This document shows positions 33,777 to 35,766 of a stretch of DNA of 35,766 nt, one piece after another. The position numbers and the translations under genes were made by a program. The stretch spans positions 1 through 35,766 of IMG/VR virus record IMGVR_UViG_3300022666_000344; one strand, written 5' to 3'. This DNA is from a virus. Its lineage: Duplodnaviria; Caudoviricetes. Numbering within the stretch: position 1 is the stretch's first letter; each line of letters begins with the position of its first letter. Below the pieces are notes generated by a model. It made no database searches. It was not told the origin of the DNA and saw only the letters and a list, made by a program, of their open reading frames with translations.

Positions 33777-34547
33777 ATGAGAGAAAAATTGAAATTTCCT
33801 AAAGATCACCTTAATAAGATTATTTGCGGGGATTGTTTAGAGGTAATGAAAACAATTCCGAATGAATCAATCGATTTAATCGTAACCAGTCCACCGTATA
33901 ATCTCAAGAATTCTACAGGAAATGGAATGAAAGATGGTCGCGGAGGTAAGTGGTCCAGAGCCGCATTAATTAATGGATATAGCCATCATGATGACTGTAT
34001 GCCACATGATAAATATGTAGAATGGCAAATTAAATGTTTGGACGAGATGTATCGATTAATAAAAAATGATGGCGCTGTTTTTTATAATCATAAATGGCGG
34101 GTGCAAAATGGATTACTCCAAGATCGTCACGATATTGTTGCAAAATTTCCTGTTCGTCAAATAATTATTTGGAAAAGAAAGGGCGGTATTAATTTTAATG
34201 CGGGATATTTTTTGCCGACCTATGAAGTCATATATTTAATAGCGAAACCTGATTTCAAATTAGCGTCAAAAGCGAATGCTTATGGAGACGTTTGGGAGTT
34301 TACTCAAGAAATGAAGAATGGCCATCCCGCCCCGTTCCCTGTGTCTTTAATTCAAAGAATTGTTGCGTCGACAAATGCCAATATTGTTCTCGATCCATTC
34401 ATGGGTTCAGGGACAACAGCTGTTGTTGCTAAGAGTCTTAAGCGCAACTATATAGGCATTGATATATCACCAGAATATTGCCATATGGCAGAAGAACGAA
34501 TACGCTCAAAATATACTTCAAAGACAGCCGTTGAATGTTTGAAGTGA
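33777..34547 (+). CDS. Beta-class N4C/N6A DNA methyltransferase
   Basis: IICGDC, VTSPPY, HPAPFP, DPFMGSG. Confidence 0.92.
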   Translation: MREKLKFPKDHLNKIICGDCLEVMKTIPNESIDLIVTSPPYNLKNSTGNGMKDGRGGKWSRAALINGYSHHDDCMPHDKYVEWQIKCLDEMYRLIKNDGAVFYNHKWRVQNGLLQDRHDIVAKFPVRQIIIWKRKGGINFNAGYFLPTYEVIYLIAKPDFKLASKANAYGDVWEFTQEMKNGHPAPFPVSLIQRIVASTNANIVLDPFMGSGTTAVVAKSLKRNYIGIDISPEYCHMAEERIRSKYTSKTAVECLK

Positions 34548-34566
34548 TAAATTATAAAGGTGCCCA

Positions 34567-35766
34567 ATGAAATCAAAGACAAAATCGGCCGAAAATTCAG
34601 TTATTGCGACGGAATCTCCAAGCGACCTTAGTTTCTTAAAGGAAGTAAAATTAGCAGACTCAATAAAAAAGCTTGAAGAGCTTATGTCGCAAAATAAAAG
34701 GTCGTTTCTTCTTGGGGCCGGTTGTAGTTTGTGCGCTGGACTTCCATTGACTACTCAATTAACGGAAGGAGTAAAGAACGACAGCAAGTTGTCGGATGCA
34801 ACAAAGAATGTTCTTCAAATCATTGAGGCAAAATTTTCCGGTTCTGTCACGGCGACCATAGAAGATTATATGAGTGAGCTTGTCGATTTGTTATCAATAG
34901 CAGAGAGACGTGAAGAAGGCGGGGCGACTAACAAGAAAATAGATATCGATGGTAAAGAGTATGAAGCAAACGAGTTGAGAGAAGTTTTAAAGGACATTAA
35001 ATCTTCTATCGCAAAATGTATTGATTCGAAGAAATTAAATCTTACTACGCATCGCGAATTTGTTCGTGCAGTTCATCAAATATTGAGGTCAGGGAAGGGC
35101 AATGGCGCTAATTTGGTGGATTACTTCATTCTTAACTATGACACTTTGATAGAGGATGTTTTAGCTCTTGAACGTTTATCTTATGCAGATGGTTTTAGCG
35201 GCGGAGCGACGGCATGGTGGGATGATTCTGTTTTTAAGCAAGATGGTATTCAAGCCCGTGTTCTTAAAATTCATGGTTCGATCGATTGGATGCAGTTAGA
35301 AGGGGATCCTTTACCGCGACGCATCCGCTTAAGTGGGCAGAATTTTTCAGGTGTTGATCCAAAAGATAAAGTCATAATATGGCCCGCGGCAACCAAATAT
35401 CAGGAGTCGCAGAAGGATCCTTACGCGCAAATATTGGCTGTTATGAGAAATGCTTTAAGGCCCGCAGTTCATTCGGAAACTGTATTAGCTATCTGTGGAT
35501 ATCGTTTTGGGGATTCGCACATTAATGTCGAAATTGATCGTGCTTTACGAGAGTCCGAAGGCAGATTAACTGTGTTAATTTTTACTGAGAACGACTCTCC
35601 CATCGGCCAATTAAAATTATGGTTTAATGATGTTGCCGTTAGAGAGCAGGTTAGGATTTATGCGAAACGTGGTTTCTTTCATGGAGAAACCAGTATTACA
35701 TCAGAAACTGATTTGCCATGGTGGAAATTCGAAGTTCTCGCTCGAATACTGGGAGGCGAACGATGA
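34567..35766 (+). CDS. SIR2-like (SIR2_2) defence protein, probable NADase
   Basis: LLGAGCS, LNYDTLIE, DGFSG, LKIHGSIDW, GYRFGDSHIN; the stop overlaps an ATG (35763) that has a GGAGG RBS. Confidence 0.88.
   Translation: MKSKTKSAENSVIATESPSDLSFLKEVKLADSIKKLEELMSQNKRSFLLGAGCSLCAGLPLTTQLTEGVKNDSKLSDATKNVLQIIEAKFSGSVTATIEDYMSELVDLLSIAERREEGGATNKKIDIDGKEYEANELREVLKDIKSSIAKCIDSKKLNLTTHREFVRAVHQILRSGKGNGANLVDYFILNYDTLIEDVLALERLSYADGFSGGATAWWDDSVFKQDGIQARVLKIHGSIDWMQLEGDPLPRRIRLSGQNFSGVDPKDKVIIWPAATKYQESQKDPYAQILAVMRNALRPAVHSETVLAICGYRFGDSHINVEIDRALRESEGRLTVLIFTENDSPIGQLKLWFNDVAVREQVRIYAKRGFFHGETSITSETDLPWWKFEVLARILGGER

Overview
This window holds a compact lambda-like (non-contractile-tail) temperate phage integrated at a tRNA gene; positions 1-42 are the 3' half of a probable tRNA-Asn. 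The left end has a large serine recombinase whose C-terminus is read antisense through that tRNA. A short early region follows with an ECF-like sigma factor but no recognisable CI repressor, then an HTH replication initiator containing palindromic iterons flanked by two perfect DnaA boxes, and a lambda cosQ-like site. Next come a ParB-methyltransferase, terminase, head and tail genes, including a -1 frameshift tail chaperone. The most unusual part is in the tail-fibre region (about 24.3-28.9 kb): a 241-aa protein with three N-terminal repeats and a Cys/aromatic-rich C-terminus, a small accessory ORF, and three overlapping radical SAM/SPASM enzyme genes. This looks like a phage-encoded post-translational modification system acting on a probable virion protein. 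Downstream are a DUF1566/Lcl protein, small membrane proteins with no recognisable endolysin, and, after a terminator, an AT-richer defence block (RHH regulator, two N4C/N6A methyltransferases, MvaI/BcnI-family endonuclease, SIR2-like protein). All calls come from manual reading of motifs and gene order; no searches were run. No second att copy is visible, so the right boundary is not defined.
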